Of a stretch of 60,906 bases of DNA, positions 10,701 to 18,604 are shown piece by piece. Below the pieces are notes generated by a model. That model saw nothing but the letters and a program-made list of their open reading frames with translations, ran no database searches and was not told where the DNA came from. The translations under genes and the position numbers were made by a program. This DNA is from a virus (taxonomy: Duplodnaviria; Caudoviricetes), in the IMG/VR virus record IMGVR_UViG_3300036766_000064, positions 1 to 60,906 of that record; one strand, written 5' to 3'. Every line of letters begins with the position of its first letter. Within the stretch, counting starts at the first letter, position 1.

Positions 10701-11803
10701 TGGGCGGTGGTAAAGGCAGGGGCGGTAACCGGAGCGGCCGATGTGGAAACAACCTGATTGGCGGCAGCGACAGCTTCGCCTACGCTACCGGTGTTGAGGA
10801 TGAGAGTGACGCCAGCGACGAGATCGGCGGGGGTCTCAACCTTGGGTTGAGCGGGCGGTGCAGGTACGGCTTCCTGCCGACCCGGCAATATGTTTGCCCC
10901 GCCGCCCATGACGCCGCCGACCAGCATTCCCATTGCCGCTTGATTGCCGACTCCCTCATCCCACGGTTTTCCAAGGGCGACGTTTTGCGCAATCGCTTCC
11001 TGTGCGGACTGCGGCAATTCCTCAAAAATGCCTTCCGACAATATCCCGCCGGATACACGTTTGAGCAAGCCCGGTTGTTTGGCAAGGGCAGTGGTTGACC
11101 CACCACCGGCGAGCCATGTATCGATGTCGGCGATTCCGAGTTTCTTGGCGAGTCGCCCACCGGCGAACCCAATAGCCCCGGTCAGCGCGCCACTTCCAAC
11201 CATGAGCGCAGATTGCGATCCGGTCAACAAGCCATCCGGCGTTTCTTGCCTGAGTTGTTCGGTATTCTGCCCGGCTGTTACGACACCCTCGCCGATCGCA
11301 CCGGCAACCAATGGCGAGATAATACCTGGCGCGCGCTTTACAAATTCTCTCGCGACGCCGGCACCACCGAGCATTGATGGCGCAGATTCAACCGCGGAAT
11401 GCAATATGGTTGAAGGATTCTGAAGCGCCGCCTTGATTGTGGCAAAAAAGCCCGGGACCTTAACCGCCTCGTTCGCCGCCTGCTGTGCTGGTGTGTAATA
11501 TTGATCCAGCAATGCCTTGGCTTCTTTGGGACGGAAACCCGCTTCTTCTGCGAGTTTTCCGGCGTGGCCAAAGGTCAATAAATCGGCGATGCCGACTATT
11601 GCTTCTGGCACACCGATTGCGCCCTTTGCGGCGGTCAACCCAAGATCGGCAATACCTCCAACAAAACCACGGGTAGCGGTCGCGGATTCTGATGGCTCAT
11701 CGTGTGGAACATCGAAGCCAAAAAGGCTCTTGCGCACCGGTTGATCCGGTACTGCAATCGATGGTTCATCCGGCGAAACATCAAAGCCGAAAATACTTTT
11801 CAT
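1784..11803 (-). CDS. Giant polyvalent / internal virion (ejection) protein, 3339 aa, with zincin-like metallopeptidase modules and a C-terminal LPD38-like region
   Basis: Last gene of the virion operon; Gly/Ala hydrophobic N-terminus; HELLH x2 and HELGVH; VLFVEEFQSDW module; C-terminal FRIPKPFEIG region typical of LPD38. Confidence 0.8.
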   Translation of the reverse strand: MKSIFGFDVSPDEPSIAVPDQPVRKSLFGFDVPHDEPSESATATRGFVGGIADLGLTAAKGAIGVPEAIVGIADLLTFGHAGKLAEEAGFRPKEAKALLDQYYTPAQQAANEAVKVPGFFATIKAALQNPSTILHSAVESAPSMLGGAGVAREFVKRAPGIISPLVAGAIGEGVVTAGQNTEQLRQETPDGLLTGSQSALMVGSGALTGAIGFAGGRLAKKLGIADIDTWLAGGGSTTALAKQPGLLKRVSGGILSEGIFEELPQSAQEAIAQNVALGKPWDEGVGNQAAMGMLVGGVMGGGANILPGRQEAVPAPPAQPKVETPADLVAGVTLILNTGSVGEAVAAANQVVSTSAAPVTAPAFTTAQANELVRGARNQQGDEAIAQAEDANAAQVAEESRVGIGAGLRTVLPAQATPGAEPTAMELAMQRAREARVAKDQAELDDLIRTEGGDALYRRMQLMKPQEAPGSIEAPAPAQTPAGEPVAQPSPIPAVTAPISEETVATGQQEEARPAHSSAEPATPTIAGKPVEQAEIDRRALPAVKEQLFAQWGDQSHPVDSIEDASRKWEAFRDKSGAGVSEVGNGVVVVDQTGKEVALVSYNGRVWEPGPYKSGRTPLYVPDGERVSAIVSRDTIAPQQSGAWTSGPVLVDGKPTGATLHTGDTGTIRGTPITADRTSFAAFKPGQTEAMGYATTLDEAKAMLVAPTSPAPAIDQSDETPVFRTKLDAAKAAKKIEKAGGGAQVVVPHPTKKGAFAIEPRPEATPKQAAARAAASDRWKKANADRRRPNPAKDSLNEWIAKRGGITLAERMDITGDDKNRAYNATQWLFRNGGEQVDELASRAHEDGYLTDEEINDVDGGVAALKARIREEFDGHKLHHSTYNGAAFTGPSEGDALMKDAYRLRIDDTGMSLDQIRAAVQQADETEATIAEAESNEEARLEREAIQADNILSEEDYADLADFESIEPDAQAAAGSDAHSAEQAIGENATDLAQVAEKPAARNQDSLELEAQSPEEARLEAERIADIAAREAADETNAAARQRRAANKAEQDRRAAEIIAEREAAKKAEVDALAAQPLELGQEAPAPVVKKVTPTEAAGQEDLFSQPANTLSPADLLRAAAAKMDEQAKPKEQGPAPSLANNMKQAQETGPHDDPSAAEAQMVQAAVEGKTIVDAARFIAESAPSEDFRLIGQRVLVQLQNLIAAGMQFEFHVAHIGEQVPIELIGTRGLTLRLRNSETTQVWVQGADVGGLVGASYEVVLHELLHAATQTAIYVGARNIATGTKLQENVTDLYAVTVAIQRHLSERIAAVGNDFGKLSQFEEYVARSLNNATASPGEIVSWALTNRAMQTYLDGIQVKGKNLWSEFVSAIRKFLGLPEKSESALSEVLRITDNLLDTPAVQLLSMADQIGMPTQINRAGGMVNNTAAQPEPKPPAPLFSRGQAEQPAPIFYSELARKIDALNMKIAPAAGWKEVLRGLVKKGVKQAEIDATGINDWLDLQGAKVTKEQVSNFLAQNGVQVTETELGNSDFTSELRAERDALLARESSLSDREAARLADLNAIKNGFGVEAGRDPKHSLYQLPGGENYRELLLRLPDTAKIPDGYRIEKGPEEHQWLTYNRDGMVIDDHTTEAAARESVFANYGEKQSVFRSSHFDQPNVLAHIRFNERTDAQGKRVLFVEEFQSDWAQKGKKEGFTGKREGKLPSDMQVRKVDREEAEIYGEQEGSWALFDSTNEMVVPVGPGTMTEAAARRAAVEQATDAGVALEHFGGASDSGVPSAPFVTKTEAWVALSLKRMIRYAAENGFDRVAWTTGIQQINRYPEALRQVADHISWKASEETNREVQIKKNGELLVRATVSKDGKVLDSNESKAFGKDLSELIGKPMAERVLNEQSGEIAGKDFTVGGKGMQDFYDKIVPNVANDVLKKLGGGRVGEVQLDTGKHVEYSVGRRDGDRRYGVTRRGMQEPNSYHYTLDEAMAERDRLSAKPPATAQPSFDITPEMREAALGGQALFNRGNESAAGGITGITEQTLRSEIAKAFSEKVADRIIGNVLIPLADQTQLPAHVVPFVRQGDTVYGFYDDKTDKTYAVLSNLNAENVRGLVMHELGVHYGFEKMLGATKYAKVMKRLDAMVKMGNKDAIEARTNAEKESVNAAQVPQETLAYLVQNRPTMNFVKEIIAAIKAFLFREFGIGANKLTADDLASLARGSVQRAGMERGVPSFAPAFAREAPSLGALTNDPSPEEAIRVQVGIEGKSAIDAAQFIVKTAPTKDYKLIALRVAMQLRRLEAAGMGFNLKVAHLGEPVHSQLAGQMRGITWRAFGSKETDIWVQGADVTGLVGVSYETVLHELLHAVTQSAIYIGQQPGNAALHKDIADLEDVHKAIQNHFNQRISGKKVGELDNRIERIVAQGHNSLRDLGEVVSWGLTNRSMQEYLESIPYQGGNLWTRFVSAIRKFLGLPVSADTTLSEILRITDRLLNAPVQQLLSVEMPTQINFSGGLLNNSRADEAAEGTPPATKVTMPKWAESESPEVQAALKKAGVIIEEKTLGERARELRTNFGKIFRQGLVDQFDPIKELGHREYMLARLTKATDGGLEAMMLYGKLKLDSGALNIENKDGGVLGLLQTLQGEHDRFFAWIAGNRAAQLKLAGKENLFTDDDISALKELNLGKMPDGTSRQAQYFKTKVQFDGYAKSVLDIAEQTGLIDRESRKIWEKDFYVPFYRVMEDGVGGPSISSGLVNQYAFKKLKGGSEGLHDLLGNTLQNWSHLLSASMRNQAARASLEAAAKLGVATEIPEKVKGSVAVLVDGKQHFYEVNDPFLLDAITSMEFSGFGGSAMKALATFKRWLTTGVTVNPAFRIRNIIRDSVAAIAQSDIGYNPIKNIATGWKATSHESEVRAQAMAGGGIIRFGTMLEGNRAEHVKRLIESGVHENTILDKQHKVVAMLQKAWDYYQEQGDRSENANRVALYMQLRERGMDHLEASYQARDMLDFSMGGQWAAIRFLTQTVPFMNARLQGLYKLGRAAQNDPKRMAYVVGAVTLASLALFLWNHDDDDWKKREEWDRDSYWWFKVGGVAFRIPKPFEIGAVASIAERVLEAFTSDERDPGKRFAKSLGGIISNNLSMNPVPQIVKPLIDLYANKDSFTGRDIETQGMERLSKDERIGGRTSLPAQLLAMLDVSDQLSPVQIDFMIRAYFGWVGSSAMTALDYGMRPMAGKPDKPAMKLKDVFLAGNFVETLPTNSSRYVTQFYDQAKVIEEAYADYHAALKVGDREKATGIRESEGDKIVQYHRTEQVKRALGKINEKERLIEANRTYSTDTKRGLLDALDAQKNRLTEGLAR

Positions 11804-11806
11804 TGA

Positions 11807-12907
11807 TCAAGGGCCCGGGTAGATGCGCGCGGAATTGGTCGACCCTACCGATTTCTCGTAAGCCGTTTGTGCTTTGCCGGCCGCCTCCTGCGCGTTTGCA
11901 AATTCCTTACTCGCCGCCTCGTATCCGGTCGGATCGCGTTGTCGTTGCGCGAGTCCGTAACCACGCAGTTTCGCGCTGGCAGCGGAAAGCCTTGAGCGCG
12001 CCGCATCGAGTTCCGGACCACCGGCAATGTCCGGCGCTTGCGGTTTTGCGGCTTGTGGCGGTGCCGCGGGAGAGTCTGGCTTCTTCTCAGCAGACGCCTT
12101 GCCTCCAGCCGCATCGCTCGCTTTGTTCTTGTCGAAGTTCGCCACGATACCGTCAAGAATCTCATCGCCGCCGACGATCTTGGATGCTTCAGCGTAACGC
12201 TTCGGATCGCTCTTGATCAGGTCGATGTCCTGGCGGGTAATCACAAAACCGGAATTACTTTGCGCGCCCATGCCCTGACCCTTCATGTGCGGGTACAGGT
12301 CATTCAGTCCATTCGGCAGCGTTTCCCCGTTGACGGACCAAGAAATAGATTTGTCTTTGCCCGGAACGGCCGGTTTCTTCCACCACAAACTCCCGCTTTC
12401 TGGTTGGTTTGCGACTGCGGGGTTCACCGTGCCAATGGCGCCTGATCGCGTATCAAGCAAGGTCACATTGCCATCGGCATCCTTCTCGAATTTGATATCC
12501 GGCAGGAGTGCTTTGTCGCCCTTGCCAATCCCCGCGCGCATGCTTTCCGCGTGAGCCTTGTAGTAATCGAGCAACTCAGGCGGTGTCTTGTCGGGTGCCG
12601 TGACAACAATCTTTCCATCCACGATTTCTGAAGCCCCGGGTGAAAGCGTGCGCGGCTCGCGCCTCTTGGTATCGACTTGGATATCTGCTTTCGCCTTCTC
12701 CAACGCGATGGCGCCCGGCAGCGCCGCAGCGTCCATCAACGGCCTGTTGATGATCCCGCGCTGTTCCTTGCCAATATCACGTTTGCCAGCCAATTCGTCT
12801 GCGAGTTTTAGCTTTTCCTCCTCGAGCGTTGCCTTGATGCCTTGAAGGCCGATATCGGCCGTAGCGTAACCAGCCGCTGCCAATCCCTGCCCGAAATTAA
12901 AGCCCAT
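11807..12907 (-). CDS. Putative internal virion / ejection protein
   Basis: Start re-called at MGFNFGQGLAAAG (RBS AGGAGG); lies just before the giant gene. Confidence 0.6.
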   Translation of the reverse strand: MGFNFGQGLAAAGYATADIGLQGIKATLEEEKLKLADELAGKRDIGKEQRGIINRPLMDAAALPGAIALEKAKADIQVDTKRREPRTLSPGASEIVDGKIVVTAPDKTPPELLDYYKAHAESMRAGIGKGDKALLPDIKFEKDADGNVTLLDTRSGAIGTVNPAVANQPESGSLWWKKPAVPGKDKSISWSVNGETLPNGLNDLYPHMKGQGMGAQSNSGFVITRQDIDLIKSDPKRYAEASKIVGGDEILDGIVANFDKNKASDAAGGKASAEKKPDSPAAPPQAAKPQAPDIAGGPELDAARSRLSAASAKLRGYGLAQRQRDPTGYEAASKEFANAQEAAGKAQTAYEKSVGSTNSARIYPGP

Positions 12908-13457
12908 TTTGTCCTCCTGGCGGGGGCGCCCCAGACGCTTGCGGTTGCCCATTCGAGGTCAACGGCACCTTTTTAAGCGCCGCCATCTTTGCCGGATCTC
13001 CCATGATGCCGTGAACCTGTTGCGTCAACTTCGCCATTTGGTCGTGGCTCACTCCAACGAACGGCAGGATTGTTTCAGTGAACAGTTGCGTCGCTTGGTC
13101 AAGCTCGTCTTTGCCAACCGTGACAATTCCAGCCTTGTCTGCGTAGTCGAGAGCCTGCAACATGAGCGTCGCGGCAGCCGGAATCATTGCCTTCACCGGC
13201 ATGGTTCCCTTGGCCCGGCGTTTCAATAGCCCGATCACACCGATCGCACCCTTGACACAATCAGTGATCGGGTCTCTGCTCTGGTGAAGCGAAGCGAGAA
13301 TGCTGTCCTTGCCCTTGTCGAGCCCGACCTTCAACCCGGCGATGACAATTTTCATGTAGTCATTCCGCAGTTCGGGCTTGAGATTATTCTCGATATATTG
13401 CTCGGCTTGCTTCAACAAAGGGTTGGCAATATTCGCACTGTTGATGAGTCCACTCAT
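12897..13457 (-). CDS. Hypothetical virion-operon protein
   Basis: 186 aa, overlaps both neighbours. Confidence 0.65.
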   Translation of the reverse strand: MSGLINSANIANPLLKQAEQYIENNLKPELRNDYMKIVIAGLKVGLDKGKDSILASLHQSRDPITDCVKGAIGVIGLLKRRAKGTMPVKAMIPAAATLMLQALDYADKAGIVTVGKDELDQATQLFTETILPFVGVSHDQMAKLTQQVHGIMGDPAKMAALKKVPLTSNGQPQASGAPPPGGQNGL

Positions 13458-14458
13458 ATCGGTTTCCCCGTGACGGTGTTGATGACCTGGGCTTGGCGGT
13501 TGGACCCTGGCGGCGTGTAGGACGGCGGCGGTTGCCCGACCCTGAATACGTCTCGGCGATTCGGGTCAACGACCGCAGTAGGTAATGGACGGTTGATGTT
13601 CTCGATCTCGGCATTCGTAAGATTCGCATTTGCGCTGTAATAATCCGCCTGCGCGGTCTTGCTCTTGTCGAAGGCACCGCCGACAAAGGAGCCAACGGTT
13701 TGCATTGCGCCGTATGCCACCATCGGGTTGTCCTTCGCAAATGTCGATAACGGTTTTGCGTAGTCACTGAGCGTCTCGAATATCCCCTTCGATGCAACTT
13801 TTTCAATATCGCCGCTGATCTTGGCCGCGTCTCCGAGCGTTGCGGCATTGCTGGCACCGGTAGCAGCATTTGTGACAGGCACCTCGCCGGTAACGGGGGC
13901 GGCGGTTTGCAAAGGCGTAGCTTGCGCGGCAGAATTAACTAGCCCGGTCGCTGCAGGATTCGCCGTCGTTGCAGGAGTCACAGCAGGTGGCGCGGCTGAT
14001 CCAGCCGGCCCTTGCCCGACCGGTAATGTATCTTCCATACCGACGCTCAACTGCTCCGGTGTGAGTTTGCTGACCAAACCTGCATCGACGCTCGCGGCTT
14101 GTGTCCCGGTCAAGTCGCCCATGGTGGAAGTACCAAAATCCCCAAGCATCCCGGCGCTGCTCGCCAATGCCCCCACTCCACCGACCAGTCCGATGATGCC
14201 GCCGATCTTCACCAGCTTGTCATTGCCGGTGATAACCCCGATCCCCGCTGTAATCGCCCCGACTGCCGCCATTACTTCAAACGCGGTCATGGCCATAATG
14301 CCGACCGTCGCAATCGTGGCGCCGGCATACACTGCCGCCGCGAGGACGACCACCGGCATTTCACGTCTACCGAAGGCAGGACCGCCATACGGGTCCCCTA
14401 CCGGATACTCCGCAGACAGGGCGCGGGATACCGCGATGCTCATATAGGTTTTACGCAT
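13454..14458 (-). CDS. Putative ejection (pilot) protein
   Basis: Start re-called at MRKTYM (RBS AGAGG); basic leader followed by long Gly/Ala hydrophobic segments, as in podovirus ejection proteins. Confidence 0.65.
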   Translation of the reverse strand: MRKTYMSIAVSRALSAEYPVGDPYGGPAFGRREMPVVVLAAAVYAGATIATVGIMAMTAFEVMAAVGAITAGIGVITGNDKLVKIGGIIGLVGGVGALASSAGMLGDFGTSTMGDLTGTQAASVDAGLVSKLTPEQLSVGMEDTLPVGQGPAGSAAPPAVTPATTANPAATGLVNSAAQATPLQTAAPVTGEVPVTNAATGASNAATLGDAAKISGDIEKVASKGIFETLSDYAKPLSTFAKDNPMVAYGAMQTVGSFVGGAFDKSKTAQADYYSANANLTNAEIENINRPLPTAVVDPNRRDVFRVGQPPPSYTPPGSNRQAQVINTVTGKPI

Positions 14459-14478
14459 GGCAATCCTCTTGGTTTGTC

Positions 14479-15249
14479 TCACACGATCCACAGGTGAGCG
14501 GTTTTTGCACCGACGATGTAGGTCTTGTTTGGGCGCCAATTCCCCATGTCAAAGCCGTGGGACACGATGCGGGTGCCTCGTTTCAGCTTGAACAGCGCAG
14601 GGCGCAGGCGCAAATTGAGGTCCGGGAGCAGGTACATTGAGATGACCGTGGCCGACGACAGATCCGCATTAAACAGGTCGTCATGCACGAACGATGCAGG
14701 AACGTTCGCGCTAACCGCAGCCTTTCGCGCCATCGACACCAAATCCGGGTTCGCTTCGTAGCCGATGGCTTCGGCGCCGCGCCTTGCTGCCTCGATCACG
14801 ATGCGACCATCCCCGGAACCAAGGTCAATCAAGGTATCTTCTGGTCCGAGTTCCGCCATGTCGAGCATACGATTCACCACGGCCCGCGGGGTCGGCCACC
14901 AAATCACGTTTTTCCCGGGCTGCCCGATTGCAGGAATGAATCCGGTTTCACTATCGCCGGTCGTGAAGGTGTCCTCCGCCGGATTGAAATGCTCTTTGGT
15001 AATGCGCAATTCGGCTTGCAGAACTTCATTCACCGATGGCAACGGCAGGGCATCGACTTCCGCCTCAGTGGTCTGCGGCCGGATCTGCCGCAGCATGAAC
15101 AGGACGTAATGGAAGTCCCCGATTGCATTGAACTTCAGGCAGTAATCCACCTTGGATTGCGCGAACAGCCCACGGCGCATCCCCACATTCATCGGGGGCA
15201 AGGTATCCAGATCCACTTCATCCGTACCAATCGTCAAAATGGTGCTCAA
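14479..15249 (-). CDS. Class I SAM-dependent methyltransferase (FAM173/DOT1-like protein-MTase type) with an unrelated ~100-aa N-terminal domain
   Basis: WWPTP...DLGSGDGRIVIEAA...GYE...YLLP motifs; TTG start at 15249 after GAGGAGG. Confidence 0.8.
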   Translation of the reverse strand: MSTILTIGTDEVDLDTLPPMNVGMRRGLFAQSKVDYCLKFNAIGDFHYVLFMLRQIRPQTTEAEVDALPLPSVNEVLQAELRITKEHFNPAEDTFTTGDSETGFIPAIGQPGKNVIWWPTPRAVVNRMLDMAELGPEDTLIDLGSGDGRIVIEAARRGAEAIGYEANPDLVSMARKAAVSANVPASFVHDDLFNADLSSATVISMYLLPDLNLRLRPALFKLKRGTRIVSHGFDMGNWRPNKTYIVGAKTAHLWIV

Positions 15250-15269
15250 GTGCCCTCCTCTCAGGTTTG

Positions 15270-15647
15270 TCAAACGTGCCGCAATTTTTCCATCTTGTAA
15301 TAAATGCAATACTCGTCCTGCCGTTCTGGCTTGAAACCAATTAGGCGGTTAAATCGGTGCTGGCGCTCGTCCTCGATCGGCGTCTTGGTTCGCGCGCAGC
15401 CATACCGTTCGATCAACGGTGCAAGATAACGCCTCACATCAGCCCGCGTGATTCGATGCCCGGTGCCAAACGTGGTGAAATGAAACTCCTCGCCCTTGGT
15501 CAATGTCACCCAAACCAAGGTGCCATCCACTTCGTGCGGGGTAATGGTCCAACCATCGAGACTTTGCAGAAATTGTTCTTTCGTGATGTAAAGTAAAGGC
15601 TCTGTCTGTCGCCATAGCAGATCGGTAAGGTGGCTAGTCTGGTCCAT
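15270..15647 (-). CDS. GNAT-like virion assembly protein (T7 gp13 / P22 gp14-like position)
   Basis: RFNRLIGF resembles GNAT motif B; sits among ejection genes; start re-called at MDQTSH. Confidence 0.55.
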   Translation of the reverse strand: MDQTSHLTDLLWRQTEPLLYITKEQFLQSLDGWTITPHEVDGTLVWVTLTKGEEFHFTTFGTGHRITRADVRRYLAPLIERYGCARTKTPIEDERQHRFNRLIGFKPERQDEYCIYYKMEKLRHV

Positions 15648-18132
15648 CACCACTGCCTGGGCCGCCGCTGGCATCACCACCTGGGCCGCCGGTACCACTC
15701 GGACCACCATCACCGCCTGGGCTACCAGCGCCATCGCCGCCCGCGTTGGTATTATCGACAGTCGTGTTTGTCTTGGTGGTTGTGGTATCCGTAGTTGTCA
15801 TTTTGTCTCCGCCAATACCATCGAACGTGAGATAGGTTCCAAGGTCGAGCCCTTGCAGTTCGCCGACGATCTTCAAACCATCGTTCAACTGGTTCATAAC
15901 CAAATTCATCGCACCCGTTTTGTCGGCAATATCCTTGTTGCCGATGATGGATGCGACATTGGTCATAGCCTGCCGGTAGAGATCCGTTGCCGCGGCCGAG
16001 GTCTGCATCAGCGTGTGATAGGCGGCATCCGTATCGGCAATACTTTGCTTGATCTTTCCGTCCGCCTTGATCTTCTGCAAATCAGCGTCAAGCTGGAACT
16101 CCTGCATGGTGGTCTTAGTTTTGGCATCGCGCTTCGACATGATTTCATTCTGCGCATCCACTTTATCCTGCAAGGACAACGAGGTATCGGACTGCACTGT
16201 GGCGATGGCACTCTTTGCCAAGTTGTCCGCATTGGTGACGGCCAACTGCCCCGCCGCCTGTTTGTCGGCCACCGAGAGTGTGGTGTCCTTCTGAATGCCA
16301 GCCAGCGTTGTCTTTAAAATATTCTCGTTGGCAGCGATCGTGGTTTGGGTGAGAGCCTGTTTGTCGGCGACGGAAAGGCTGGTGTCCTTCTGAATGCCGG
16401 CCAATGTATTTTTCATTACGTTATCGGCTGCCGCAATGGTGGTCGCGGCCAACGCCTGCTTGTCGGCAACCGACAGGCTGGTGTCCTTTTGAATGTTCGC
16501 CAGCGCTTTCCGCGTCACGTTGTCGGCTGCCGCAAGCGTGGTCTGTGTCAACGCCTGTTTGTCGGCGATCCTGAGCGACGTATCGGATTGGATATTGGCC
16601 AGCCGTCTCTTGGTAGCGTCATCGAACCTGGCGAGCGCCTCGGCGGAGGCCGCCTGCTTGTCCGCAACGCTCAGGGTGGTATTGGATTGAATGTCCGCCA
16701 ATTCCTTCTTCGTGGCGTTATCGGCTGCCGCCAACACTGTTTGCGTCAATGCCTGCTTATCCGCAATTGAGAGCGAGGTGTCCGACTGAATGTTAGCCAG
16801 CGTGAGTTTATTGGCATTCTCATTGTCGGCAATGACCTTTTGCGTGGCGGTCTGCTTGTCCGTCACGCTGAGAGTGGTATTGGATTGAATGTCCGCCAAT
16901 TCCTTCTTCGTGGCGTTATCGGCTGCCGCTAACACTGTTTGCGTCAATGCCTGCTTGTCCGCAATTGAGAGTGAGGTGTTCGACTGAATGTTAGCCAGCG
17001 TGAGTTTACTGGCATTCTCATTGTCGGCGATGACCTTTTGCGTGGCGGTTTGCTTGTCCGTCACGCTGAGAGTGGTATTGGATTGAATATCAGCCAGCGT
17101 TTTCCGCATCGCAAGATCAGTGTCGGACAGATATTTTTGCGTCGCCGATTGCTTGTCGGCGATGTTCATTGACGTGTTCGATTGAAGCGTCGCCAGGTCC
17201 TTCTGTCCGGCGATCTGCGCGGACGTAAGTGCCGCTGTATTCGATGCGCCAACAGTGAATCCGGCCGCTGTATTCGACGCTGCCGAATTGGCGAGACCTG
17301 TTTGCGTCCCGAGAGAGGCGTTCTGCAGTCTCGCGGTGTTACCGGCCTGCGCACCAAATTGGGAGGCCGTATTCTGCGCGTTCGTGGTATTGGTCGCAGC
17401 GCGGTCGTAGGTTGCTGCATCCGCGGTCGCAATCGGAAGTGCAGCCTGGTATAGCGCAGCTTGACCGGCTTGGGTATTCATCGTGGTATTGATGAGTCCC
17501 CGCGAATTCATCGCTTCATTAGACCGCGCTTGCGCTTGTTCCTGTAGCGGCCCACCTTCGTCGATGATCTGGCGGATCTGCTCGGACACGGTGGCGTTCT
17601 TGTCCACGCCAAAAGCGTTCGCGTTGTAGCCGGTCGAGGTTGCGTTGACCGCTGTCGCCGGGGTCGCGGTGTACCCGGCTGATGGAATGGCGTTCGGATC
17701 GTTCGCGACGGCATTGCCTGCCGAAGCAATCAAACCACCGCTTCCGGCGAGGCCAGTAGATTGCGTTTGCTGCGCCGCCAATGCCGAACCATCCTTGCCA
17801 GAGCCAACATTTGCGCCGCCGCCCAGCGCAGCCATCTGTCCCGCCAATTGGTTTGCGCTTGACTGTGTTCCAACCACCTTTCCGGCATTGTCGCTCTGCC
17901 CCGCAGTAGCTTTCGGCGCCTGCCACCCATTGATATCGTCGTACGACCATGTTGGATCGCGAACGTACTGCGCTATGTATTGCATGTTGCCGATGCCAGA
18001 ACCACCCTGGTTTTGCGCCGCGGGGTTTGTGATCCACCCGGCACCACCAATATCAGCAGGATTCGCTGCGCGCGTTGGTTGCTGGCTTTTCAGCAAGGCC
18101 GACTGCTGTAGCAGGTCAACGGTCGTTGGCAT
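15634..18132 (-). CDS. Ejection / DNA-transfer protein with 33-aa repeats
   Basis: 832 aa, Ala/Gln/Thr-rich; NSRGLINTTM motif; long repeat block. Confidence 0.7.
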   Translation of the reverse strand: MPTTVDLLQQSALLKSQQPTRAANPADIGGAGWITNPAAQNQGGSGIGNMQYIAQYVRDPTWSYDDINGWQAPKATAGQSDNAGKVVGTQSSANQLAGQMAALGGGANVGSGKDGSALAAQQTQSTGLAGSGGLIASAGNAVANDPNAIPSAGYTATPATAVNATSTGYNANAFGVDKNATVSEQIRQIIDEGGPLQEQAQARSNEAMNSRGLINTTMNTQAGQAALYQAALPIATADAATYDRAATNTTNAQNTASQFGAQAGNTARLQNASLGTQTGLANSAASNTAAGFTVGASNTAALTSAQIAGQKDLATLQSNTSMNIADKQSATQKYLSDTDLAMRKTLADIQSNTTLSVTDKQTATQKVIADNENASKLTLANIQSNTSLSIADKQALTQTVLAAADNATKKELADIQSNTTLSVTDKQTATQKVIADNENANKLTLANIQSDTSLSIADKQALTQTVLAAADNATKKELADIQSNTTLSVADKQAASAEALARFDDATKRRLANIQSDTSLRIADKQALTQTTLAAADNVTRKALANIQKDTSLSVADKQALAATTIAAADNVMKNTLAGIQKDTSLSVADKQALTQTTIAANENILKTTLAGIQKDTTLSVADKQAAGQLAVTNADNLAKSAIATVQSDTSLSLQDKVDAQNEIMSKRDAKTKTTMQEFQLDADLQKIKADGKIKQSIADTDAAYHTLMQTSAAATDLYRQAMTNVASIIGNKDIADKTGAMNLVMNQLNDGLKIVGELQGLDLGTYLTFDGIGGDKMTTTDTTTTKTNTTVDNTNAGGDGAGSPGGDGGPSGTGGPGGDASGGPGSGDGPD
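16108..17196 (-). repeat. ~11 x 99-bp (33-aa) intragenic tandem repeat with 11-residue periodicity
   Basis: Unit e.g. LADIQSNTTLS/VTDKQTATQKV/IADNENASKLT. Confidence 0.9.
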
Positions 18133-18156
18133 GGCGATTACTCCGAAGGATCAAAT

Positions 18157-18179
18157 AAAAAAGCCCGGCGAACCGGGCT
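18157..18179 (-). terminator. Intrinsic terminator
   Basis: AGCCCGG-TTCG-CCGGGCT followed by a T run. Confidence 0.8.
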
Positions 18180-18198
18180 GTGAAGGAGGTTGGTTGGC

Positions 18199-18531
18199 TT
18201 ACTGGCCGACAGGGACCGCCACCGTGTAGTTCGGATTCAGTGGGAAAGCTGCCAGTGCCGCCGCACGGTTGGCGAAGTACGGTGCCGCTTGACGCAAAAG
18301 ACAACCTGGACTGCCGCAGTATGGGCTTGGCTTGAGTACCGCCGTTTGGACGTGATAGATTCCAACCGTCTGCGTCACATCATAGACAATGGCGACATCA
18401 CCATATCCTGCCGCCCGATTCGCCTGCGTAATCAAAACGGCCTGGCCATCAGTCGGGATCGCCTGCGCGAACACGGGCATTGCGAACAGTGTTGCCAAAA
18501 GCAAAGTGCAAATTGCGATGATTCGTTTCAT
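18199..18531 (-). CDS. Exported protein (moron)
   Basis: Sec signal MKRIIAICTLLLATLFAMPVFA; own promoter and terminator. Confidence 0.75.
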   Translation of the reverse strand: MKRIIAICTLLLATLFAMPVFAQAIPTDGQAVLITQANRAAGYGDVAIVYDVTQTVGIYHVQTAVLKPSPYCGSPGCLLRQAAPYFANRAAALAAFPLNPNYTVAVPVGQ

Positions 18532-18574
18532 GGTTACTCTCCTCTGAAAAGTTGAATTGCCCGAAGGCGAAAAT

Positions 18575-18603
18575 ACTCTACTCTTGTCTGTTCAAAAGCG
18601 CAA
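18575..18603 (-). promoter_or_regulatory. Putative moron promoter
   Basis: TTGCGC-N17-TAGAGT upstream of RBS GAGGAG. Confidence 0.45.
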
Positions 18604-18604
18604 C

